A stretch of DNA of 64,000 nucleotides from Curvularia clavata (Eukaryota): assembly GCA_023920165.1 (NCBI GenBank), contig CP089281.1, forward strand, positions 1,488,001-1,552,000, written 5' to 3'. The translations under genes were made by a program, and so were the position numbers. Numbering within the stretch: position 1 is the stretch's first letter; the number at the start of each line of letters is the position of its first letter. The notes below the pieces were generated by a model. That model saw nothing but the letters and a program-made list of their open reading frames with translations. It searched no databases and had not been told where the DNA came from. This document shows positions 12,969 through 23,965 of this stretch, piece by piece.

Positions 12969-13706
12969 TTAAGACGTACCTCTCAACATCTCCTGCACCT
13001 CCTCCTCTCCCACCCTTTCTACCCCTTCCACACCCACCAACCTCTCCGCAACCTCATCCACAAACACCCTCCCAACACCCTCGACACTTAGGCCCTCGCA
13101 CCCCTCCTTCTCCAAACTCGTCGTCCGCTTCCCTTCCAATCCACACGCCACAATGCGGTCAAACCACCACAAATCGGTATTAACATTCAGCCCTATGCCA
13201 TGACTCGTAACATTCCTCCGCATATGCACTCCAATCGCCGCAATCTTATCCTCTGGCGTTGTCCACACGCCCGTATGCTCCGTCGTCATAGCCTTGACGC
13301 CATACTGCGCACACGTCGCTATCAGGCTCTTTTCCAGCAGACAGACATAATGCCTAGGTGATAATTTGTGCGTGCGCAGGTCGAGAATCGGGTATGCGAC
13401 GAGTTGGCCTGGTCCGTGGAATGTGGTTTGGCCGCCTCGTAGGGCTTCGACAAAGTCGGCGCGGCCGTTGGCGCGGAGGTGCGCTTCTTGTTCTGGTGAT
13501 ACTTTGCCATTTTCACGGCGGCCACAGGTGTATACGGGATTGAAAGTAGCGGTTATAATGTGTGGAGGGGGTAATGGTTTGGTGGAGGGCGGCTTTGCAG
13601 CTAGGAAGCGGGACACGAGGGTTTCCTGGAGGCGGGCGGCTGTGGCGTACGGGACGATGCCCGGGATGTGAATATGAAGGAGTTTCTGCCGCATTGGGGC
13701 GGCCAT
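12969..13706 (-). CDS. LIP2: Mitochondrial octanoyltransferase (lipoate-protein ligase B, LipB/Lip2)
   Basis: Single-exon 245-aa ORF with PVYTCGRR, RGGQTTFHGPGQLVAYPILDL, KIAAIGVH, TSHGIGLNV and IVACGL. Confidence 0.95.
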   Translation of the reverse strand: MAAPMRQKLLHIHIPGIVPYATAARLQETLVSRFLAAKPPSTKPLPPPHIITATFNPVYTCGRRENGKVSPEQEAHLRANGRADFVEALRGGQTTFHGPGQLVAYPILDLRTHKLSPRHYVCLLEKSLIATCAQYGVKAMTTEHTGVWTTPEDKIAAIGVHMRRNVTSHGIGLNVNTDLWWFDRIVACGLEGKRTTSLEKEGCEGLSVEGVGRVFVDEVAERLVGVEGVERVGEEEVQEMLRGTS

Positions 13707-13892
13707 GGTGGTAATTATTGCATGTGCATGTCTGGTTCGTGGCGTTGATGGGATGGTAGAGTTGTGGGGTTTGAGATGGAAGAGCCGTCAATAGCCTTTA
13801 TCGATAAAGATTTTGTGACGCGACGCGACTGATGGTATTCGACAGATCAATTCAAGCTTCTACAATTCTCTCCTCCAAGCTACAACCCGCCT
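13707..13892. promoter_or_regulatory. Bidirectional promoter LIP2/POP7
   Basis: Divergent starts about 186 bp apart. Perfect 14-bp palindrome CTTTATCGATAAAG at 13796-13809 and GACGCGACGCGA at 13817-13828. Confidence 0.6.
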
Positions 13893-14795
13893 ATGTCCAT
13901 CGAAAATATGGCGGGCAAGAAGCGCTCCGCTAATGGTCAGGTCAAACCACAGACTCACTCAACCCCGCCAGCTGGGGACATCACAATGGCAAATGACACA
14001 CCACCATGCGGCCAACCACAACCACCCTCCAGCAAGACCGCCTCAACTCCCAGCGCAATACCAGAGCGTCAAGACAAACTAGAAAACTCACAGCCCGAAT
14101 CCACCTCCAAGCCAGCTGCACACACTTCAATACCCCACTCAACAACTCGGCAGAAGCGTGAAAAGCGCCAAAAGCTTCCAAAACTCCCACCCAGTACGTC
14201 TTTCCTCCCCCCCTCTCTCTCTCCTCCTTAACCTCATAGTCTAACCCATCCTCCAGACACATCCATCACCAAGCGTCCCCTCTTGCACCCTGCCCTCCCC
14301 ACCCCCTTCGCATCTTCCTCCTCTCCGAAAACTCTCTACATCACCGCCTCAACACCCTACATCCCTGCCTTAAAACGCGTGCGCAAACTCCTCGCGCAGA
14401 TAACACGACGGCACAAGCAATCTCTGTCTGCCAGTAAAAAGGCCAGTAGCCGAGGCGGGTATCTCGAGGCGAATGGGAGGCTGGAGGCGGGGGCTGTGGA
14501 GAGGGAGATAGTAGGGGAAGCGGGGAGGAAGGGGGAACAGGGTGCAGCGGAGGAGGAAGTGTATCTCAAAGCGACGGGGAGAGCAATTCCGAGGGCATTG
14601 GAGATCGGGTTGTATTTTCAGGAGGACGGGGAGTTTAGAGTGCGGATTGAGATGGGGAGTGTGGTGGCGGTGGATGATGTCGAGGACAAGAGGCAAGCTG
14701 GGGGTAGTGAAGAAGAAGGAAAGGAAGAGGAGGAGATTCCAGAGACAAGGTTACGGACGTTGAGTTCAGTGACGGTTAGTATTGGATTTAAGTGA
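13893..14795 (+). CDS. POP7: RNase P/MRP subunit Rpp20/Pop7 (Alba-like)
   Basis: Intron 14194-14256 gives KLPKLPPNTSITKRPLLHP...LYITASTPYIPALKRVRKLL...EVYLKATGRAIPRALEIG...GSVVAVDD...PETRLRTLSSVTVSI, the Rpp20/Pop7 pattern. The start could also be 13908. Confidence 0.85.
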
Positions 14796-15894
14796 GTGTG
14801 GTTTTTTAGCTACAGCAACAGGCATGACTATCATCATTGTTATTTACGGTTGTGAAGACGAGCGTGAGATATCACATCACGTTCACGACACAGGCTCAGA
14901 ACACGCACTGGACAAAGCAAGGCAAATACTTGTCATTGAAAGTGTGTGATAAAAGAGAGAAAGGCACACAGAGATCCCCATGACAGACCTTCTTTTCCCC
15001 TTTGGCCTTTGTCTCTCCTTCAAAACGAACTAACACACTCCCGCCGCCTTCTCTAATCCCCATCATAAGTACCCATAATCCCAATTTGTAAGGAAAAAAA
15101 GGACGAAGAACACAACACGAATCCCGAAGCAAAAGAGAGGCAACCGAACACAAAAGAGGAAAACCAGGAGAGAAATAGAATGATTCTACAAAGGAAATTA
15201 GGTCAAGCTTCGCTCGCTTGGTCCAATGAATGTGTATGTGTATGTGATGGTGGCGATTGAGAAAGGAAGCTATTCTTTTCCTTTCGCCAACGCCTTTGCA
15301 TGAAGTAATAACTCCATGTGCGGAATGAAAACAAAAAAGAGAAAAAAAGATGATTACTTCCCAAGTGGCACAGAGGCCTCTTCCGTCCTCGAACGCCCGT
15401 AGAATGGAGAAAAGGGCGCACCCAATGTACAAGGCAGCCAAAATGTACGCCGTAGTAGAAAAGGAAATCTGTCTTTGCTAAGTGTATGTCGTAACAGACA
15501 TTAATGATCTGGATTATCCAGTGGTTGGTATGTGTGTGATGGTGTTGGATAATAGATCGGTTGTCTAATGGTTTGGTTGTGTGCATGGGGGCCATATGGA
15601 TGATCTGCAGAGACGCACTACATTCGTGCAGCATCATACCCAAGCAATTCAACCTAGGTTATAACCAATACTGCAAAAGCGGTAGCAAGGTTATGGCTCG
15701 AGGATATGCTGGAATGATAATGTCGACGTAGTCTTAGCTGTTCGGTGTCTACATTGTAGCATCCAGTCTCTAGCGATGGCCGTGGATCTTCACCGGGACT
15801 GTTGGATATTCTTCAGAAGCTGGTCCCCGCTGGCTGTCGTTGGAGATTGGCTTCTTCCGGTGAAGCAATAGAGCTTCGTCTCAAGCCTCTTTAC

Positions 15895-18144
15895 TCAACG
15901 TTCACCCTTGGGATATTGATTGAGCATGGCCATGACAGCGACACCTATTGCAACAACGGTAACCATGGCTCCGACAGGACCCCCATAATACATGGAGTCT
16001 CGATCTAGTCTACGAGCGACTAAAGCACTCGATTTACCAGACGGCTTTGAGCCATTCTGAGTGACAGTGTGTCCGTTTTGTTGGCTCGGTGCAGGAAGGG
16101 ATGCTTCCGGACCATCGTCATCGAGGTCTTCTTCTCGGATGATGGTGATCTCACCCTCCTCAGCCTCGTGGACATCAGTATCGGTCTTCATGTCCGTCTT
16201 GGCAGATGCACCATCGTTTCCGCTTCGCCATAGAGCCTCCTTACTGGCGGCCTTTGCATTATCCTTTCGGATGTTCTCGATCATCTCTGCCAGTGACTTG
16301 CTGTTGGCCTCTGCGGTCTCGGCCCGCTCGCGGTAACGCTCCATCTGTTGCTTCATCTCGTTCATTTCCGCCATCATAAGATCGAGACGCGACTGCAGCC
16401 GGGCAGCAGTATCGTCGGCATTGCTGGATACAGGGCTGCCGTTTTCTAGCCCAGTAGTCTCTTCGTGCTCTGGGGCAGTGGCTTCAGTCTTTTCTGTCTC
16501 GTCCTCTCCTACTACAGTTTCTGCATCACTGTGATCCTTGATGGTTTCGCGCTCGAGGCGAGCTGCTCGCTCCTCAGCATCCTCTCTTGCGCGGCGCTCC
16601 TCGTTCAACAGAGTCTCCAGATCACGTAACCGCATGCCCTGTGACTCAATCTCCTTCTTGGCATTAGTCAAGGCTTCTGTTAGTGAAGACAACTGTGCAT
16701 CGGAGCGGACTGGCGACGCTGCCTTGGGCCGTTCCGTGTCTGACCTCTTAAAGGATGATGCAACGTCAGGCTTCTCAGGCAAGGGCTGCTGGGGCGGGGG
16801 TGCTGGCGGGTCTGAGAACCTTGCCTTCAGGCTGTTGTCCTTGATTGGGGAGATCTTGACTTGGTTGATGGGAGACGTCTTTGTAGATTCTTTCTTGGGA
16901 TCTGCGGAGAGAATGGCGTTGATGTATTGGTGAGCTTGCTGGAGATCTTGTGACTGCTGTTTGGCAGCTTTGATCTCCGTCTACTCGGGTTAGCGGCATG
17001 CCGCAAAAGGTTATCAGGTTGCACTCACGTTAAGCTTCTTGACTACCTGCTCCATGGTGATGGGTTGGAGCCAGAAGTTGGGATGGCGCGGCTGCGGCAG
17101 TCCATTGGTGTAATTGGGCATAGCACCAGGGCCCTGGAGCCGCTGGCCGTTCATGGAGCTTTGGCTGGATGTACGACTTCGCATACCTTGCATTTGTTGT
17201 TGGTTGCCGCCGACCATCATGTTTGACATTTGAGATGCTTCAAGCTCGCCAAAGTTCAGGTCCATCATTTCGTTGCTGGAGCGAGTGTATATGCCGGCAT
17301 GTTCAACGCGTGCAGCAACTTTGTGATGTACAATAGTCTTTTGGTCTTCGCTGACAATATCTATGCCGAGCTCCAGCATGTCTGATTCGCGGAGCTCGTG
17401 TGGGTCCGAGTCTCTGTTCTCTTGTGACAGGCGGGAGCCGTTGACAAAGGTGCCGTTGGAGGACTTTACGTCTCTGATCCATATCTTGCCTTGGCGGTCT
17501 GCCCAGACCTCGGCGTGCTGTCTTGAGAGGACCTTTGAATCAAAGTATCCGTTGAGCGGGGTGGGTATCGTCTTGTTATTGGTCTGGCGGCCGATGCGGA
17601 GGACGTCGGGGAAGAAAGGCACGGTGATGGTCTTGCGCTCAAAGGTGCCGTTCATGGGGACGAGGTGCAGGACAGCGGTGCTCTCATGGCCCTGTGCCCG
17701 CTGGGCGCCGTTGGCCTGCTGCTGGGACTGGACGGGGCCATTGTGCTGCGAGGGGACCATTGCGGAGGGGGATTGGAGGGCGCTCATGGCCGAGGCGGCT
17801 GAGGATCCGGGGCCTGCAGATGCGATAGGCTGTGTGCGTGCGGCGGTGATTCCTGCGATGGGCTCAGTCTTGGTTGCGGGCCATAGTCCCTTTGGGGCTT
17901 TTGCTTTGCGGGTGGCAGTCCAGTCGGAGCCGTTCAGGGGAGCGGTACCGTTTGGATGTGATGAAGATGACGAGGCAGACAGGGTGGAGGATGCAGATGC
18001 TTGTGACGACAGGCTGCTCGACGAGTTGGATCGCTGTGCACTCTTGCGCGGCATGAAGATGCCACCGCCGTTGGGCATGCCCTCAGCGCTCCATGCCTGC
18101 CGGTTGATGTTCTGGTAGTTTACGGGGGGCGCAACTGCCGTCAT
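15895..18144 (-). CDS. VPS64: FHA-domain, coiled-coil, tail-anchored protein (SLMAP / Vps64-Far9 / Far10 / HAM-4 / PRO45 family; STRIPAK)
   Basis: FHA motifs LRIGRQTN, FDSKVLSRQHAEV, IRDVKSSNGTFVNG. Intron 16981-17028 joins the coiled-coil exon. C-terminal TM GAMVTVVAIGVAVMAML. Confidence 0.9.
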
Positions 18145-19140
18145 TGACGAGGTGGTGGGGAGGGGAGGGCGTGGTGGTGTTTACAGTCGGGCGTCACTTT
18201 TCCTGCACGCTTCCCGTGGTCTCCGTTTTTAGCGGCGCGACAGCGTGACAGGCGCCAAAACAAGCAACGAGGGCAGAGCGAGGGCGAGGATACACACGTC
18301 GCTCAGGCACTCATGCGTCGCGGCGGGATGCTCTCGGGCACGATGGACGGGCTCGTTGTTGTCGTCTGCCGGCGGCCGGGCGGTCGTGTGGGAGCGAGGT
18401 GTGGTGCGTGTGCGTGTGCGTGCGGCGACGGGGCGATGATGCAGGGCGCTGCAACCGGGCACGCAGCACAGCAGCAGCCTCTGGCGGGAGAGAGGAGAGC
18501 AGGCGAGGCCGGAGATGGACGCGGGAGATGGGCGGTGGGGGGCGGTCTGGATGGAGGCTTCGAGGGGAGCAGGAGGTGTCGTCGGGCTGGTCTCACTGCA
18601 GCCGTTTAGTGGCCAGATGGGCGAGGCGACGGCGCAGACGCAGGCGTGATGGACGGCGAGACTATGGGATGCGTGCAGCACGGCGTCGAAACAGCGGCAG
18701 GACAGGACAAACGGCACTGGCAAACGACAGGCGTGGATGCGCTCTCTACACGAAACAAGCTGGCGGAGGTCCAAACTATCTTCGCCTCATTTACAGCCGC
18801 CGTGAAGGGGTGTCTGCCACGGTCACGTGCTCGCAACCAGCGACAGCGCCCAGAGCCTTGGATGTACTGTACACACACACTAGGTATTTGCCTGCAAGTC
18901 TGAGCGCGAGGCTTGCAGCTATACTACGCCAGGCCAGGTCACAATACATGCCCACATAGTCTGTGTCCTAGGGCTTTCCATGGTTACGTATTCCCCGGAC
19001 TTGGGTGGTTGCTGCTTGGCGCTGCTGGAGCCGCGGCCAGCGCAAGCTTCAATGCGGGACAGTCGCTCCAACTGCTGCCATCCCAATCCTGCTTCACCTC
19101 GCGCACTCCCCCACACTCTATTCTTTGGAGCGCCTTCAAC

Positions 19141-19686
19141 ATGCCCGTGCCAGTTGGATCCATGCCCCAGGGCGCCCATGGCCCCTCCACGCTTGACAAG
19201 CGTATGCTCCCGTCTTCGCCTGTGCCTCAGTCCAAAGACGTCTAACATCTATGCAGTGAAAATGGGTGGCATGATGGGTGGATGTACGCCTCTCTGATGA
19301 CCATATACACAATTCAAGCAACCTGACAATTCCACAGCGGTCGGTCTGATCATCGGCTTCATCTTCGGTTCGCGCGCCTTGCTCCGTCGCCCACACCAGT
19401 CCTGACTTCTCTAGGATTCACCAATATTGTCCGATTCGGCCCAGGTCCCAACGGCATGCTGCGAACACTAGGCCAGTACATGATGGGCTCAGCTGCCACC
19501 TTTGGGTATGCATGCCTTGTCTGAACAACTGACTGGCGCTAATATGCCCGCAGTTTCTTCATGGCCATAGGTACCACCATTCGCACAGACAGCTCACCGA
19601 TTGCTACCCACGCCTTCAACAGCGCCAGCCGCCGGCCCATGGTCCTCCCCCGGAACTTCCAGTACCCACGCGACAACAAGAACTAG
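19141..19686 (+). CDS. MGR2: Mitochondrial TIM23 complex subunit Mgr2 (Romo1 family)
   Basis: Not a single ORF. Five exons (introns 19202-19256, 19284-19337, 19368-19414, 19506-19553) give MPVPV...STLDKLKMGGMMGGSVGLIIGFIFGFTNIVRFGPGPNGMLRTLGQYMMGSAATFGFFMAIGTTIR, the Romo1/Mgr2 signature. Confidence 0.93.
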
Positions 19687-20047
19687 GCCAAACATAACAT
19701 TCATGGCAAACTAGTCTAGTCCATGGATTGTAAAACAGTTGCGACTCGAGATTCGAGCATGTGTGTGTATGATAAAGAATGGAGCATTGATAAGTACGGT
19801 TGAGATGCAATGACGCAAAGACAAACGACACCCAAGGTTTGTCTGGCCCTTCACGTTCACCGTTCACCGTGGACCTAGAAAATATGACTATTCAGTGACA
19901 CTAAGGTTTCACTCTCATTTTTCACTCCTGTCAATATGCGCCATCTCTAGCTTGTATATCTGCCCTACCTCTTCCCTCTCCTTGCTCTGCAATACTTACT
20001 CCCATAAACCAAGTTAGCTTGTGACATTACACGGCTACTCCTCCACC

Positions 20048-21040
20048 ATGGTGGATACATCTAGCAAAATAACAACCACCTCCACAAGCAACGGATTCGG
20101 TCCACACGAACCTGTCACTGACAGTCATTGTTTGGGTTCCAAGGAAAATACACGAGTCGGCTTCAGACTGGGCAAAATGAGCGACGACAACGACGACAAC
20201 GACAACGACGACGAAACAAAAGGTGCTCAAGCATTTGATAGGATCAGTTGGATGGCCAGAGCCAAGGGTTACAGTGTGCGTGCACCGAACAAACGTTTGC
20301 GAAGAGTTAGGGCATTGCCCAACCCTCCTGTTCAGTCCACAGGTGTCACAAAACGAAGGCTTATATACGAGGATGCAACATCTACAGCCGATACACAAGA
20401 AGAGGACGATATCGCAGTAGCGATAGCGCTCTCTTTGAAGGATATTCCTGCATGCCTCCCTGACTCACAAACCGAAAGCCAGCAGGGCTTGCATCCCCCA
20501 GACGTGATGGAAATTGAACCGACAGCTTTCACGCCAAGCCGACGGCCACGAAAGCCCACAGGTCAGGCTCGCTCATACAGGAACCTTGGTAGCAGCTCTG
20601 CGTCTACCGCGGCAGCCCCACACGAGGCACTTCATGACCTCTTGAGAATCATGGACGCAAGCATCAAAACTCTAGACGGTTATGCTCACGAGGGAATTGA
20701 GGTGGATGCGCAAGAGCTTGTAGACCATGTAAGCAGGTGGCAGGGCAGAATCAGGCAAGTCATTCACGCCAGTGAATTATCTGAGCAACGCCGGATCAGA
20801 GACCTGAAGGCCCAACTGGATTTTGATCAACATGTCGAAGAAGTCCACCGAAACAACATCAAGAAGCTCAATCAATCATGGACGGAAACAATGCATGAGC
20901 AAGAGAAAGAATGGCAGAAGGAGTCGAACAAGCTACAGGTGATTGGGGCTAGGCCACAATCAAACGAATCAAATGAATCCCTCGCCCAGCTGTACGCCAC
21001 AGACATGCATCCAACACAAGGTATGCAGAGGCGGTGCTAG
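20048..21040 (+). CDS. Hypothetical protein with a UIM-like motif and a coiled-coil region
   Basis: About 330-aa open frame from CACCATGG. EEDDIAVAIALSLKD resembles a ubiquitin-interacting motif. Helical, charged C-terminal third. The 3' end is uncertain (possible intron at 20939). Confidence 0.6.
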   Translation: MVDTSSKITTTSTSNGFGPHEPVTDSHCLGSKENTRVGFRLGKMSDDNDDNDNDDETKGAQAFDRISWMARAKGYSVRAPNKRLRRVRALPNPPVQSTGVTKRRLIYEDATSTADTQEEDDIAVAIALSLKDIPACLPDSQTESQQGLHPPDVMEIEPTAFTPSRRPRKPTGQARSYRNLGSSSASTAAAPHEALHDLLRIMDASIKTLDGYAHEGIEVDAQELVDHVSRWQGRIRQVIHASELSEQRRIRDLKAQLDFDQHVEEVHRNNIKKLNQSWTETMHEQEKEWQKESNKLQVIGARPQSNESNESLAQLYATDMHPTQGMQRRC

Positions 21041-21159
21041 CTGGGTGCGCGCTATGACCAGGAGGCGTGCCATTTATCAGGCGCGCCATGGCAGAGGCGT
21101 GCGGGGTCGGAGCGATCCAAGACTATCCAAGTGCAAGGTCTTTCAACCCCGTTAGCAAC

Positions 21160-21664
21160 ATGCGCCGGCTACCTGATCAACCAACAGCAGAAGAGGTCCG
21201 TGTATATGCTGGACTAACCGAAAGAGAGTGGGATGTGTTTACTGTGAGGCCGCCTTCTTACCCCCTCATCCTCTACCAAATCTGACCGAAGACAGGCCAT
21301 AATAACCGAAGAAGCGAGGGCGCTTAGGAAAGAAAACCCTTTTACACCATGGAAGGATCTTGATCAAAAGAGAAAGGAACAGGTCCACGACAGCGTCAAC
21401 GCGAAGCTCGCTAAGAAGAGTATTCAACCAGTCGATCTGGAAGTTGTTGCGACGCGTGCTAGCCGCTCGTTATCTCGCATGAAGCATGAAGGCACGTGTA
21501 GTTATATACCTCTTGATCAATGGTACCTGACCTGACCTTTTTTTTACCCAGCTCAGAGAAAAGCCCAGGCTGCGGAGCAGAATGCACCTTCCAATACTGC
21601 TACTGCTACTGCTACTACATCAGCTGAGCGATCCCGGCCTTACGATCCTGTGCGAGACCTGTGA
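21160..21664 (+). CDS. Small hypothetical protein ending in RPYDPVRDL
   Basis: Introns 21244-21295 and 21492 (or 21498)-21551 give MRRLPDQPTAEEVRVYAGLTEREWDVFTAIITEEARALRKENPFTPWKDL...RSRPYDPVRDL*. An upstream in-frame ATG lies at 21088. Confidence 0.6.
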
Positions 21665-23098
21665 TTTTGTACATGCATGTTTTAAACAGACTTCAACTTT
21701 GTTTTGGTGGTCCTCCAGACTCTCCAGTAGCCATCTCTGCTACATCGGATGTTCTTTGGTCAAACGGCGTAAAGTCATGTTACGTATGCAAAAGCAGTTT
21801 TGTGACACTGAAGCACCAGCAGCTCACCCGTTGTTATCACGGTCCAAACGATGGTGGAAACACTGCGCACTTGACATATCCTACATATTCCTCATTGCTC
21901 GACCGCTAGTCGTCATCTCAACGTGAGAAAGTGGAAAAATGCGGGGACTAGCTGGTGGCATTGGACGCAGCTGTGATTGCAGACATGGGCCATGAGGGTC
22001 GCCTGATCGAGAAATTGATACGCTCACATCAACGCGTGCAGCTGCCATCACTCAACCTGAGACGGCCCATGCGAGCCCGATTAGCTCCCCTGAGCAGATA
22101 GTGGCGCGTCCTGCGGATACCAACGCGTAACTGCACTAGACGTAGGCAACGACAAACGGTGGGAAAAGGCCAAGAATGAGAGAGTGGGAGAGCCAGCGGG
22201 GCCGAACATGGAGCTAATGCAGAGCAGTATGTATTCGAACGATTGTGGAATTCATGCAGACTTCCAGCTCGACGCAGGGAGGCAAGGTATTCTCAACAGG
22301 AAAGAGAGTACAATCAACATGCTCTTTCGGACCTTAGCTATCTCCTCACAAGACGATGCATCTCCTCAAAAACACAGACTGGATGATAGAGTGCAAGATA
22401 CACGTGAGGAATCTGATTAGTCACCAAAAGGACAAAGATCGTTTTGGCCAACGAAAGGGAGAACGCCCGTTGTGCGCCGCGCAAACGCGAGCAGCGACGG
22501 AATAGGCCAACAAAGACGCATGTTACCGGCCACCCACTCAATTGATCCATATGGGTACCTGCAGCAACGTCCTTGCACTTGTATGCTTTTTCTTTCCGTT
22601 GAACTAGGCCTAATGACTCTCAGGCTCAATTCTGTATGTAGTCGTAATTGAACGGACTGTTACCAAAACTTTCACAGCGCATTCCTTGGGCTTCCCTGAC
22701 CACACAATAGGCCAGCAGGATTTATTGTAAGCGTTTCCTATTGTAAGCGACATGCGTTGCTGTCAGTGTGAACCTGAAACACGAGGGTTTGCCAAAAGCA
22801 AATAGTAGATGCGGGGTGCCGAAAGTAGACTAGTGCGTATGGTAGGAGCTCCACTCATTGAATCCACGGTTGCTCGAGGACATTCATTGTTTCAGTCGCG
22901 ACCGACTGCGCCCTCATCAACCTCCCTGCGTCCCTTTACCTCTTCTTTTCTCTTCATCACCAAATCTGCCACCCGGCAATAATTCCGCGCACAACTTCGC
23001 AAGGCCTACAAGAAGCTTCATCACCTTCTCTTTACGCGCCCCTGTCCGCGTCGCGTCCAGCCTAATACACACGTACACACACAATTCTCCGCGCAAAC

Positions 23099-23965
23099 AT
23101 GACGGAATACGCGAAGATGAAGAACGACGAGCTGTCGGCTCTCCTCAAAGAGCGCAAGCTACCCCACACAGGCAAGAAAGCAGAGATGGTTGAGCGCCTG
23201 CAGAAAGACGATGAGAAGGCAGCCAGCGCGAAACCTGCTGCTGGTACCGAAGATGAGATTGATTGGGATGACGATGAAGCCGCTGCTGCGCCTGCGCCTG
23301 CGCCCGCAGATGCATCTGCAACCTCTGCACCCGCTGAGGCTGTCATTCCTAACGAAGAGACTGTTGAAAAGGCAGGGGGTGAGGGCCAGCCGCCAAACCC
23401 GCAAGCAGTACCCAGCCAAGTAGCCGATACCGACCCAGCAAAGACCGACGACCTAACCGTAGATGCGCCAGCGGAAGGTGCAGCGACAGAGGAAGCAAAG
23501 ACCAAGCCAGAAGAGAAGAAGGAGCCTGCTCCTGATTACTCAAAGGGCCTTGCAGCGACAAACCTCGACGAAGAGATTGAGAAGCGTAAGAAGCGCGCTT
23601 TGAAGTTTGGCATCAAACCTGAGGACGACGAAGGTCTCAAGAAGCTGGAGAGGGCTAAGAAATTTGGAGAAGTTGCACCGCCTAGGGGTCTCGATGAGGC
23701 TCTGCCAGAGCGTCGCCCCAAGCGCGGTCATGAAGGTGGTGATGATGCCAGCAGCAACAAGCGCCGCGAGGGAGGACGCGAGGGAGGACGCGCTGGAGGC
23801 CGTGGAGGACGCCGTGACAACCGAAATCGGGATGGCCGCGACAATCGCCGCAACGACAATAAGAAGAGCAGTGGAGGAGGAGCAGCCACCTGGATGAGTG
23901 AGAAGGATAGGGCAGCAGCAGAGGCCAGGAAGGCCAAATTCGCGAAGCCGGCTGCTTCTGCTTGA
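23099..23965 (+). CDS. THO1: SAP-domain ribonucleoprotein (Tho1/Mlo1/SARNP-like)
   Basis: N-terminal SAP YAKMKNDELSALLKERKLPHTGKKAEMVERL. Repeated helical motifs EEIEKRKKRALKFG, KKLERAKKFG, AAEARKAKF. RGG-rich tract. Confidence 0.85.
   Translation: MTEYAKMKNDELSALLKERKLPHTGKKAEMVERLQKDDEKAASAKPAAGTEDEIDWDDDEAAAAPAPAPADASATSAPAEAVIPNEETVEKAGGEGQPPNPQAVPSQVADTDPAKTDDLTVDAPAEGAATEEAKTKPEEKKEPAPDYSKGLAATNLDEEIEKRKKRALKFGIKPEDDEGLKKLERAKKFGEVAPPRGLDEALPERRPKRGHEGGDDASSNKRREGGREGGRAGGRGGRRDNRNRDGRDNRRNDNKKSSGGGAATWMSEKDRAAAEARKAKFAKPAASA

Noticed and set aside
14830..15890. A-rich region with 149-181 aa minus-strand ORFs
   Set aside because: Best explained as the U-rich 3' UTR of the VPS64-like gene. 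The ORFs are Phe/Leu-rich compositional artefacts.
18229..18959. Several overlapping 90-190 aa ORFs on both strands
   Set aside because: Stop-codon scarcity in a GC-rich leader/promoter. Compositions are Arg/Ala/Pro-biased with no recognisable motifs.
19295..19326. TGATGA...CTGA in MGR2 intron 2
   Set aside because: Only about 30 nt long, and the CTGA is the intron branch point (CTGAC).
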